Below are positions 1 to 9,700 of a DNA stretch of 32,000 bases, piece by piece. Origin of the DNA: Nitrospirota bacterium (GTDB lineage Bacteria; Nitrospirota; UBA9217); the NCBI GenBank assembly GCA_963737155.1, contig CAVTRN010000002.1, positions 756,960 to 788,959 on the forward strand, in the 5' to 3' direction. Made by a program: the position numbers and the translations under genes. Position 1 is the first letter of the stretch; each line of letters starts with the position of its first letter. A model generated the notes under the pieces. That model did no database searches and was not told the origin of the DNA. It saw only the letters and a list, made by a program, of their open reading frames with translations.

Positions 1-789
1 TTTTTTACACTGGGCCTTGGTGATATCGCGCCCTATATTCCCCTTGCGCGGGCTCTAACCGTGATCGAAGTTGGTGTAGGCTTCGGTTTTTTAGCCATTG
101 TAATCAGCTACCTGCCGGCGCTTAATCAATCCTTCTCGAAAAGAGAGGTTAACATCTCGCTCCTGGATGCGCGTGCGGGCTCGCCTCCCACGGCCACTGA
201 AATGCTACGGCGCCAATCGCAGGACGCCGCAACGGAATCGCTGACGCGGCTCCTTCGAGAATGGGAACAATGGTCCGCGGAAATACTGGAAAGTCATCTC
301 TCCTATCCGGTCCTCGTGTATTTCCGTTCCCAGCACGATAATCAATCATGGCTCGCGGCGCTGACCTCCATCCTTGATGCCTGCGCCTTCGTTATGACCA
401 ACTTACAAGGAACGTGCGTGCGCCAGGCGCAATTGACCTTTGCCATGGCCCGCCATGCTGTCGTTGATCTCTCGCTCGTGTTGCATGTCGCGCCCGAGGA
501 CCTGCTGATCGACCGGTTGCCGCCGAGAGAACTTGCTTCGATGCGCGCGACGCTCGCGGCTGAGGGCATGCAACTCCGGGAGGACGCGGAGGTGGCCCCG
601 CGGCTTAAAGAACTGCGACAGATGTACGAACCCTATGTGTATTCACTTTCCCATCGCTTGCATCTGTCAGTGCCACCCTGGGTGTCAGAAACTAGCAGGC
701 TGGACAACTGGAAAATTAGCGCTTGGGGAAATCATAGCGGTATGAAACGGACAGAAGGGATTGAAAAACGGGATGAAGAGCATTTCTGA
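1..789 (+). CDS. Ion-channel (K+-channel-like pore) membrane protein, 5' end cut by the window edge
   Basis: Frame 1 is open from nt 1, so the listed ORF 61..789 is only its GTG-internal part. The first residues FFTLGLGDIAPY resemble a TxGxGD selectivity-filter motif. A TM helix follows (VIEVGVGFGFLAIVISYLP), then a soluble C-terminal domain. Stop at 787-789. Confidence 0.6.
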   Translation, partial: FFTLGLGDIAPYIPLARALTVIEVGVGFGFLAIVISYLPALNQSFSKREVNISLLDARAGSPPTATEMLRRQSQDAATESLTRLLREWEQWSAEILESHLSYPVLVYFRSQHDNQSWLAALTSILDACAFVMTNLQGTCVRQAQLTFAMARHAVVDLSLVLHVAPEDLLIDRLPPRELASMRATLAAEGMQLREDAEVAPRLKELRQMYEPYVYSLSHRLHLSVPPWVSETSRLDNWKISAWGNHSGMKRTEGIEKRDEEHF

Positions 790-1422
790 TCATGTATCTA
801 TTTGAAATAAATTAACCAGCCCAATTTGAGGTAATCAATCGAAATAATGTTGGAAAGCACGGCGAAGTTAGGGAAGCCAGCAGAAGGACAGCGGTACTGA
901 AGCTATTTCCGTTAGCCGAGCAATCATTCAGGTGTCGACTCTGGAATACAGTAACAACGATGGTGGTCTGGACTTTATCTCATACATCAATTGCAACCAT
1001 CAAGTAACGCACTAGACTCAGAGGGACAGGCAATACTGTATTGAGAGGTTGTTGTAGCATTTTTGCAGTGCCGGATGGAATCTTGGATTCAACAATTGTA
1101 GGTATTAACGGATGCATACTCCCTGAAAGGGCTTCCTGGGTCCCTATGCGAATTCCCCTCGTACTGTGTCACTTATTTCGCAGCAGTTTCTTGATCCGTT
1201 TGGAAGACAGTAGATGTCATTATAGGGAGTTATGATGAAGACCGAAATGACGAGGAATGCAGTTTTAACGAGATGGGGATTTTAGCGATGCTCTTCTCGA
1301 TAACTTCTTAGTAGAGGATTACAATCTGTCTCAACTGAAATGTAAAAAAGAGGAATGAAGAGGAATAGGGGTATGACAGCCATGCTAGGTTGCCTGAACA
1401 TGGTCGTACGTGACTTTTCTTG

Positions 1423-1795
1423 TTAGAGCAATATTGCCAAGAATGACAAGCCCGTTCCTTGAAGGGCCATCTCAATAAAAGCCCCGGAGACAGCCTTGGT
1501 CACAACCTTGAAGGCTTTTGTCGTCGCCTGATGGACTACCTGGTCGTTGGTGACCGTTTTTGCGGGATGATAAAAGCCTGCTCTCTCAAGGGTGTTCAGG
1601 ATGTCCCTGGTAATGAATCTCTGCCGGATGATAGTGAATCAAAAGACTGCCTGTTGTAGTATTGAAATCGGTGGTTCCAATGCCATGCCCCATATTCACG
1701 AGAGCTTTCTGTACATCATAATGGACGGCGCTGTTCTTAAATAATGGATTTTTGAGACGCAACCTGCCAGGAACGTTATGAACATAACAGTTCAT
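1423..1795 (-). pseudogene. Single-domain HMA-like 'VPGRLR' protein with an apparent 1-nt frameshift (or a sequencing error)
   Basis: ORF 1586..1795 (MNCYVHNVPGRLRLKNP...TTGSLLIHYHPAEIHY) matches the repeat unit of the 4671..5516 protein. It stops where the unit should continue. The continuation (RDILNTLERAGFYHPAKTVTNDQVVHQATTKAFKVV...) is found in the adjacent frame and runs to a TAA at 1423-1425. It aligns with GQIISFLEKQGYFILSKAKT of the paralog. The total span is 373 nt, which is 3n+1. Confidence 0.5.
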
Positions 1796-2627
1796 GTGTC
1801 CGTACCTCCTTTTCTATGGTCTAAGTATAAAACTGATTTGTTACAGTCATATGAAGCAAATGTTACAGTTATGTTACATAATTCAGGTGTGATGAGATTA
1901 TTGAAAAAGACCATAAGTACCAGGTGAGAACAAAACTCAAAAACACCGGTAGCCATTAAGGAAAAGCAAGGACGGTATCAATCGCTGGACCATCCTTGGA
2001 AGAGACTCAGAAGAGCATCGGAACAACTTCCCGTTGCTTCCTAAAGGCGGACATTTTTGTTTTGCTAAGAGTAGGCAATTCTACGTTGCCTTGACAAGCT
2101 CTTGAACTCATCTTGTGTAGCTGCTATACTCACTTCGACGTTTACGAAGATACATACCGAGGAGAGGCTACGTAGACTGGAAACTACTGCTTGCTTATTA
2201 TTATTGAACTGTTGATCAGGAACTGCTCCTTTTTTAATTAATCCCTGGTGACAGAAAACCGCATATGATGCTATCAGTATCAAGTGCTTTCTCCAGATTC
2301 CCGATGGTGAGCGAATAACCTTGGCAGAGATCGGAAAGCACTTGGGGAAACAGGCATTGGCCGATGTGATTATGGGCCAGTTCCAAATCTGATGCTTTCA
2401 AGTCGAAATAAATCGTAACCATAATCAATTGTAACTATGGCTTTATTTTGCAAAAGATTGGAGGCTGTAATCAACTCTAAGAGAGAGTATTTTTTACGCA
2501 ACGTCAACATTTTGTCTCGCGGCATCTGTTTTTGCGACTGGTATGTAATTACCAATAAGCGAGACTCTAAGTATGATTCAACAGCCATGCTAATGGTCTA
2601 GTATTTTTAATTTGTATAGGAGTACTT

Positions 2628-3638
2628 ATGTCCCATGTGCTCATGCTTTTTATCGCTCTCGCTGTCATTCTTCTTGGTGCTACTGTATTTACAAACGGGC
2701 TGGAGTGGTTCGGAAAGAAGATGAACCTTTCCGATGGGGCTGTCGGAAGCATCTTCGCTGCTGTTGGCACCGCTTTGCCGGAAACCCTCATCCCCCTTAT
2801 CGCGATTCTTTTCGGTACCAAAGATGCTGGTCACAAAATCGGTGTTGGTGCCATAATTGGTGCCCCGTTTATGCTAGGGACACTGGCGTACTTCATCAGT
2901 GGCCTCGCTGTGATGGTTAACAGAAAAAAACGGGATGATTATCCCACTATGCGGGTTGATGCGATCGTTATGCGCCGGGATATCGAATATTTTCTCGTTC
3001 TCTACAGCGTTGCCATTGTCAGCACCTTCTTACTAAATCATCCTGTTTTCAAAGTTGCTATTGCCCTCATCTTGTTACTTTCATATGGAGCTTATGTTTT
3101 AAAAACCCTTACGGGCACGAGCGGAAATCATGTGGTCGAAGAAGCAGATCTGGATCCGTGTTATTTCGCCCCAAAGTCCCACGACCCCAATTTCCCCATA
3201 ATTGTAGTTCAGGTTATGAGTTCCTTACTCTTGATTGTCTGGGGAGCCTACATTTTCGTTGAGAAAGTTCAGATAATATCTGGGCAAATTGGGGTATCAC
3301 CGTTTATCCTTTCCATGGTTATTGCACCGATTGCGACAGAATTGCCGGAGAAGTTCAATAGTGTAATTTGGATTAATAAAGGAAAAGATACCCTCGCAAT
3401 CGGAAACATCACTGGCGCAATGGTATTTCAAGGTTCCGTAATTACCGCCATTGGAATCTTAATGACTGAATGGGACCTGACGCCTGCGGCGTTCATAACA
3501 GTCATTCTGACCTTTGCTTCGGTTGGTTTGGCTTATTGGCAAATACGCGCACAGAATAAGCTGACACCATATGCGCTTCTAGCTGGCGGTGCTTTTTATC
3601 TCATCTTTATTGTGCTGGTATTGATAGGAAGGATTTAA
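2628..3638 (+). CDS. CaCA-family cation/Ca2+ exchanger (YrbG-like Na+/Ca2+ antiporter type) membrane protein
   Basis: 336 aa and polytopic. It has two alpha-repeat-like motifs, AAVGTALPETLIP in the N-terminal half and IAPIATELPEKFNS in the C-terminal half. An AGGAG Shine-Dalgarno sits a few nt upstream of the ATG. Confidence 0.7.
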   Translation: MSHVLMLFIALAVILLGATVFTNGLEWFGKKMNLSDGAVGSIFAAVGTALPETLIPLIAILFGTKDAGHKIGVGAIIGAPFMLGTLAYFISGLAVMVNRKKRDDYPTMRVDAIVMRRDIEYFLVLYSVAIVSTFLLNHPVFKVAIALILLLSYGAYVLKTLTGTSGNHVVEEADLDPCYFAPKSHDPNFPIIVVQVMSSLLLIVWGAYIFVEKVQIISGQIGVSPFILSMVIAPIATELPEKFNSVIWINKGKDTLAIGNITGAMVFQGSVITAIGILMTEWDLTPAAFITVILTFASVGLAYWQIRAQNKLTPYALLAGGAFYLIFIVLVLIGRI

Positions 3639-4341
3639 AAAGAGTTTATTGCGTACCATTTGCAACTCAGTGGACCCTGCCTCGCGCAGTAGTTTACTTC
3701 TGCATTCCATCAATACAAGATTCCACAAAGCACGTGCCACGTACGAACTCAAATACAACGGTCCGGTTAAGAAAATATTATTCGGAATATTGTACGTGAT
3801 GAAGTGCTCGGAACTCTTACGTGCGGGGTTTCCTGGGATAATGATCGACTTTATTATGCAAGTTAACAATATGGCTTTTGAGCATATATCCATGAACGCT
3901 GCAGCCACATACGCTTTCCCTCACGCTGCACTCATTATCTGACGAATAAAAAGACAATTCGAACATGGATTATCCACGTTCTACTGGTCGCCATGCCGAA
4001 GAACGCGTTGTGTTTCTACTCGGCTAAGTTCAGTCCGATGATCAGATATCCCATAGAACCGCGAATATGGTTCTAAATTGACAAATATCCCGAAGCCTGA
4101 TATCTTTTAGAATATACAGACTAAACCTTCTGCTCAAACTTTAAGTTACCTATGAATATATTCTTGGCGGCAGGTTTCTGTTTTGCGTAGGCTGTAAATA
4201 AACATATTCCCTGTTGTACTTATCCTCCCATCTATTCATTTTTACATATATATATATCTGGAGTCTGCGGCGGTTTCTTCTTTTTGAAAGAAACGCTGAA
4301 TACACGGCACAATCGTCATACAGGTAATAGGGAAGCAGTGA

Positions 4342-4515
4342 ATTCTGATATTGTCTTACTCAACGATATACTCCACGATCACAGTGACCGTATTCTTTCG
4401 TGGTGGATCGCATAGGGCGTTGAAGCCTGATGGAATGCTATTCTTTTCGGATCAACACAGGCAAGAAAAAGATATAATAGCCAAAATAACCGGCGCAGGC
4501 CTGTTCAAGCTGTAA
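4342..4515 (+). pseudogene. Possible C-terminal remnant of a class I SAM-dependent methyltransferase (truncated and frameshifted)
   Basis: The frame ending at TAA 4513-4515 reads RALKPDGMLFFSDQHRQEKDIIAKITGAGLFKL. The adjacent frame just upstream reads SDIVLLNDILHDHSDRILSWWIA*. Together they resemble the D-x-V-x5-LHH...L-x4-R-x-LKPGG-x-L end of methyltransferases. There is no N-terminal SAM-binding part, no start codon and no SD. Confidence 0.3.
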
Positions 4516-4670
4516 ACAGGGGGGAAAGAATAGCTATAGCTTGTGAGAACAAGATAAATATTCAAAATGGTTTTTGCCTCCTCCTCTGGCTCTTTGCCAT
4601 CTGTACGATTATCTAGTTCATGCTACGATTCAGCGAGGTGTGCATTTTTGTACTTGGAGAGGAGAATTTC

Positions 4671-5426
4671 ATGGACTACTATTATAACCATGTGCCGGGC
4701 AGATTAAGAATTCAAACGCCATTCATCCACGGTAGCCCGCAAAATGCAGCCACTTTTGAAAAGAATATACTGGGCCTGGAAGGGATAACGTCGGTCGAAA
4801 CCAACCCTGTTACCGGCAGCGCATTAATTCTTTTCGATGAAAAGAAGATCGAATACGGGCAGATCATCAGCTTTCTCGAAAAACAGGGTTACTTTATTCT
4901 TTCTAAAGCAAAGACGTTTGATATGGACTACTATTATAACTATATGCCGGGCAGATTAAGAATTCAAACGCCATTCATCCACGGTAGCCCGCAAAATGCG
5001 ACGATTTTTGAAAAGTATATACAGGGCTTGGAAGGGATAACGTCGGTTGAAACCAACCCTGTTACCGGCAGCGCACTGATTCTATTCGATGAAAAGAAGA
5101 TCAAATACGAGCAGATCACAAGCTTTCTCGAAAAACAGGGTTACTTTATTCTCTCTAAAGCAAAGGCGTCTGATATGGACTACTATTATCACTATGTGCC
5201 GGGCAGATTAAGAATTCAAACGCCATTCATCCGCGGTAACCCGCAAAATGCGGCGATTTTTGAAAAGAATATACAGGGCTTGGAAGGGATAACGTCGGTT
5301 GAAACCAACCCTGTTACCGGCAGCGCATTAATTCTTTTCGATGAAAAGAGAATCAAATACGAGCAGATCACCAGCTTTCTCGAAAAACAGGGTTATTTTA
5401 TTCTGTCTAAGGCTAAGACGTCTGAT
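4671..5426 (+). repeat. Three in-frame tandem direct repeats of exactly 252 bp
   Basis: Units begin at 4671, 4923 and 5175, each with ATGGACTACTATTAT. My by-eye count is about 20 mismatches per 252 nt between units 1 and 2. Confidence 0.9.
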
Positions 5427-5516
5427 GAAGTTATCGAGCAGGCAGCGGAAAAGGTGCTTGATGTGGCAGAGAAGATAGTAGTCGACTCGGTTGATGGTGG
5501 GATTGAAGATGTTTGA
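4671..5516 (+). CDS. Triplicated HMA-like 'VPGRLR' domain protein (3 x 84 aa plus a 29-aa acidic tail)
   Basis: The ATG at 4671 is preceded by GGAGAGGAG at 6-nt spacing. The track ORF start at 4620 has no SD. There are three units of MDYYY(N/H)(H/Y)(V/M)PGRLRIQTPFI(H/R)G.PQNA..FEK.I.GLEGITSVETNPVTGSALILFDEK.I.Y.QI.SFLEKQGYFILSKAK. No unit has a CxxC motif. Confidence 0.8.
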   Translation: MDYYYNHVPGRLRIQTPFIHGSPQNAATFEKNILGLEGITSVETNPVTGSALILFDEKKIEYGQIISFLEKQGYFILSKAKTFDMDYYYNYMPGRLRIQTPFIHGSPQNATIFEKYIQGLEGITSVETNPVTGSALILFDEKKIKYEQITSFLEKQGYFILSKAKASDMDYYYHYVPGRLRIQTPFIRGNPQNAAIFEKNIQGLEGITSVETNPVTGSALILFDEKRIKYEQITSFLEKQGYFILSKAKTSDEVIEQAAEKVLDVAEKIVVDSVDGGIEDV

Positions 5517-5689
5517 TGTAGCTGTGCTTCCACGCAAATGACGCCAAATAATAGATTTATGGAGTGTAATTAGTCGCCCCTTCTACAATATCTACTATTA
5601 AGGTCCTCATAGTGTCCTGACGGCGTAGATAGTTAGAATTATTTTGTAATAAAAAAATTATATTTTATTCCTCTGAAAGGAGTTCGTGC

Positions 5690-6328
5690 ATGATGATTCG
5701 GACACTTAACATCGGTCTCCCGAAAAAGGAGTTGTTTCATGGGAAGGAGTTCATTACGGGCATGTGCAAAAAGCCCGTTACAATCCCTGTTATGCTGACG
5801 AAGCAGGGCCTTGAAGGAGACGGCGTCGGCGACCTGAAGCACCACGGTGGAAGCGACAAGGCCGTTTGTGTCTACGCCATCAATTACTACGAGTACTGGG
5901 AAAAGTTACTCGGAAGAAAAATGACCGATGCGGCATTTGGTGAGAATTTTTCCGTAACGGATATGAAAGAGGATGATGTCTGTATCGGCGATATTTACCG
6001 AGCGGGCATGGCGACTGTGCAGGTGAGTCAGCCCCGCCAGCCATGCTCGACGCTGGCGGCCCGATACGGCCGGGGGGATTTCGTGAAGCTTGTCGTCGAT
6101 TCCGGCCGAACGGGTTTCTACTTCAGGGTGCTTGAAGGCGGAAGGGTAAAGGCCGGTGACGGTCTCTTCCTCGTTGAAGAGGATCCACGCCGGGTATCGA
6201 TCACTTTTGCCAATCGCATCTATCATTACGATAGAAAAAACCGCGAAGGAATCGAGAAGGTTCTTGCGGTTCCCGCTCTTTCGGAATCATGGCAGAAATC
6301 GTTTCTAGAATTAAAAGACCGGGCATAG
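5690..6328 (+). CDS. MOSC domain-containing protein (YiiM-like)
   Basis: 212 aa. Motifs are GLEGDGVGDLKHHGGSDKAVCVY and VSQPRQPCSTLA with a conserved Cys, followed by GFYFRVLEGGRVKAGD. A GAAAGGAG SD lies upstream. Confidence 0.8.
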   Translation: MMIRTLNIGLPKKELFHGKEFITGMCKKPVTIPVMLTKQGLEGDGVGDLKHHGGSDKAVCVYAINYYEYWEKLLGRKMTDAAFGENFSVTDMKEDDVCIGDIYRAGMATVQVSQPRQPCSTLAARYGRGDFVKLVVDSGRTGFYFRVLEGGRVKAGDGLFLVEEDPRRVSITFANRIYHYDRKNREGIEKVLAVPALSESWQKSFLELKDRA

Positions 6329-6796
6329 CGCTCCGCCCGGCCGCGGCAATACTGCTTAAAATCGGATGTTTACTGATCCCCAGCCGAAAGTACCATGTAG
6401 ATTTGATTATTCAGATTGAGTATTATATGTGCCGTTCAAATCATTTTTGGCATGCAAATATCAACTTAGGACTATCCTGCATTTACTCTTAAATTACCTT
6501 ATCTCTATATATAACATTGCTTGTAACTTTTCAATAAAGTAGCATTTCAAAAAAACCTTTCCCTGTTTTCTTCTCAGGACCTGCTATGCATGCTATACTT
6601 AAATCTATTCGATCAATCATGGATTCAAGTTAGGCCACATCTAATATGAACGGCCCAGGGCTGAAAAACCGAAGTTGTTCTGCCAAGGAAAACGGCTCTG
6701 CTGAATTATCCCGTCAAAGAATGCCGCTATTCGCGAGGTAGGGGCGCTTTCTACGGCTGCGGGGCCGTATCACCCTGCGGAGAACCGAGGGAAATT

Positions 6797-9700
6797 TTGC
6801 TGAACATCCTGCCCAAGAGACAGAATGCTTCGCTACAGGAAACGCCGCAGCCGTACTGTGTGGGCGTGAACATCGGTGCGATCACGGTGAAGGCGGTGGC
6901 CTTGCGAGGGGGCGATGCCTTCTCCACGGTGGTGACCCATCAGGGCCGTCCTCTGGAGGTGCTCGGAGAAATACTCGCTGGGAAGGAGTTCAACGGTGCC
7001 GAATATTTCGGGGTATCTGGCCACAGGGGCCACATTTCCGATGTTGCCGCCATTCAACGGGCGTTGGACGAACTGGGGGGTGATTTTGACGCGGTCGCCT
7101 CGCTAGGCGGCGAGTCCTTCCTGGTCTATCTTCTGGTTGACGGAAGGATCTCGAATGTGCTTTCGCACAATAAATGCGCCGCCGGAAGCGGCGAATTTTT
7201 TGTGCAGCAGATCGGCCGGATGCAGCTCACGATTGAGGATGCTATCGAGCGCTCGTTTGTCGGGAAGGTCGTGCCACTGGCAAGCCGGTGCTCGGTCCAT
7301 TGTAAGTCGGACATCACTCACAAGCTTAACCGGAAGGAAGCGAGCCCCGAAGACATCTTGCATACGTTGCATGACAGTATGGCTGACAAGGTGGTCTCGC
7401 TGCTCGAAAAGGCTCAGCGCCAGATCGATCGGGTGCTCGTCATAGGAGGCGTATCCCGGAACGCTGCTCTCCTGTACGCCTTGCGAGAGAAGCTTCCCTC
7501 CACGGAATTCATCGTCCTTCCCGAGAGTCTTTGCTGGGAGGCCTGGGGGTGCGCTTTGCTCACCCGGGAGGAGCCTCGTTACAACTCTCCGAAGATCTCT
7601 CCTCAGCCGATGCCGGACAGTTATCCCCCGCTTCATCACCAGGCAGACCGGGTGCAGGTCATTGCGCCGCTGCAGCGGCAGCCGCATCCGGACCGCTTGC
7701 TGATCCTCGGTCTCGATGCGGGATCGACGACGACCAAGGCAGTCCTGCTCGATCCTGACACGAGGTGCGTGGTAGCATCGAACTACACCCGCACGCGAAG
7801 CGATCCCGTGGCCGCAACGCGCGAGTGCCTCAGGTCTGTCGCGCGTGAAGTCGGCAATCTCAGGGTCGGGCTGACCGGAACCACCGGCTCGGCTCGGGAA
7901 CTTGTCGGCGCCTACTTGGGCACGGCCCATGTTTACAACGAGATTTCGGCCCATGCGACAGGAGCGAGCCACTTCGACCCTGACGTGGACACCATCTTCG
8001 AGATCGGCGGCCAGGACTCCAAGTACATCCGTCTCCGGAACGGCGTACCCGTCGATTATGCGATGAACAATGCCTGCTCTGCCGGTACCGGTTCATTTCT
8101 GGAAGAGAGCGCTCAGGGAGACCTCGGCATAACGGTGTCGGATATCGCCGAAAGCGCGCTGGCCGCAGCGTCTCCGGTGCAGTTAAAGGCGACCTGCGCG
8201 GCATTCATCAATTCCGACATCCGTATCGCGTTCCAACAGGGCCAGTCGCGAGAAAACATTGTGGCTGGGCTGGTTTACGCGATCGCCGCAAACTATCTCA
8301 CCAAGGTCAAGGGGCCGCGTGCTTTGGGCAAAAAGGTGTTTCTGCAAGGCGGAGTTGCCCTGAACCGCGCCGTAGGCCATGCCTTTGCTCATAGCGTGGA
8401 CCGCACGGTCGTGATTCCCCCTAACCCGGAACTTATGGGAGCGCTGGGCGTCGCGCTCCTTGCCCTGGGACGCTGCAACGGTAAGCTTGATGCCGCGACG
8501 GATCTGCTTTCCCTGTCTGCCCCAGAGATGGCTTCCCCGGGGCACTTCATTTGCAAGGCATGCCGGATGCACTGCAGCATCGACCGTTTTGAGGTAGCTG
8601 GCCGGCGTTTTCCCTTTGGCGGGCGCTGCAGCCTTTATGAAAATGTATGGAAAAGAAACGCCCGCGTTGTTGCCGCGCCGGACCTAGTCGGACAACGGGC
8701 TGAGTTGATCTTTGGAAAAAACGACACCAGCGGAGAAAGACAGGCGCTGGAGCGCGGCCGACCTCGCATTGGAATTCCGAGAGCGCTCTTAACGCACTCA
8801 CTCTATCCTCTTTTCTCAACTTTTTTCTCGAGTCTGGGACTGGAGGTGGTCTTGTCCGGTCTGGACCTCCATGGCGAGCTGAAGTCCTATTCAGGCTTTT
8901 GCTATCCCGCGCAGACAGCGCATGGCGCGGTCCTGGATCTTGCCAGGCAGAGTGTGGATCTGGTCTTCCTCCCTCATGTAAAACGTATGCCCCTGCCCGG
9001 CCTGTGCGATGATTCCTATCTCTGCCCGATCACCCAGGCCAGCCCCTTTTTCCTTGCCGCGGCATTTTCGGATGTCCGCTTCCTTTCTCCGGTCCTGGAT
9101 TTCACTTGTGGCTACGAATGCGGTCCGGAAATGGAAGAGATGATTGCTCGGGAGTTGGGAATCGGTCGCGAACAGATACGGCAAGCCTGGAAAGCGGCAA
9201 GGAGCGCCCAGATACGGACTGACTGCGCGATGCAAGAGCTCGGACAGCAGTTTCTTGAGCGTGCGCTGGCGGAAGGAAAGCCAGCGATCGTGCTTGCGGG
9301 CCGAAGCTACAACGCTTACGCGCCTGAGGCTTCCCAATCAGTCGGCAAAAAGCTCTCCAGCATGGGTATGGTGGCCATCCCCGCTGATTGCCTGGCACAG
9401 ACCGAAGAGGGGCCCTTTGCCTGGCACTTCTCCAACCAGGTATTGAACGCCATGGCTCTGGCTAAGAAGCATCCCAATCTGTTTCTGGTCTGCATCAGTA
9501 ATTTCAGCTGCACCGTGGACGCCTTTACGCATGCCAAAGTCGCGTCCGAGATGGGTTCCAAACCCTACCTGATTCTTGAGATCGACGCGCACACAGCCGA
9601 CGCCGGCGTCCAGACCCGCCTTGAGGCTTTCCTCGACATTGTTCATAACTATCAGGGTATGCCGGCCATCCAGAGTCGACAGTTCTCATTGTGCCGGGTC

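Noticed and set aside
3579-3942. Overlapping ORFs 3579..3908(-) and 3649..3942(+) downstream of the exchanger
   Set aside because: They are mutually exclusive, and neither has an SD or a recognisable motif. The minus ORF overlaps the 3' end of the exchanger gene. I treat them as chance ORFs in AT-rich DNA.
4620-4670. Upstream start (ATG 4620) of the triplicated-domain gene
   Set aside because: There is no SD, and the 17 extra residues are not part of the repeat. ATG 4671 has GGAGAGGAG at 6-nt spacing and coincides with the start of unit 1.
4671-5426. Diversity-generating retroelement (TR/VR) or CRISPR-like interpretation of the 252-bp repeats
   Set aside because: The differences between units involve all four bases and are not adenine-specific. 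No reverse transcriptase is nearby. The repeats are contiguous and in-frame with no spacers, so this is a coding tandem duplication.
7103-7972. 289-aa minus-strand ORF, together with many other 60-185-aa ORFs on both strands between 6833 and 11099
   Set aside because: All lie inside, and antisense or out of frame to, the 1406-aa activase-fusion gene, whose frame carries clear family motifs. Their Arg/Pro/Gly/Ser-rich composition is typical of spurious frames in GC-rich coding DNA.
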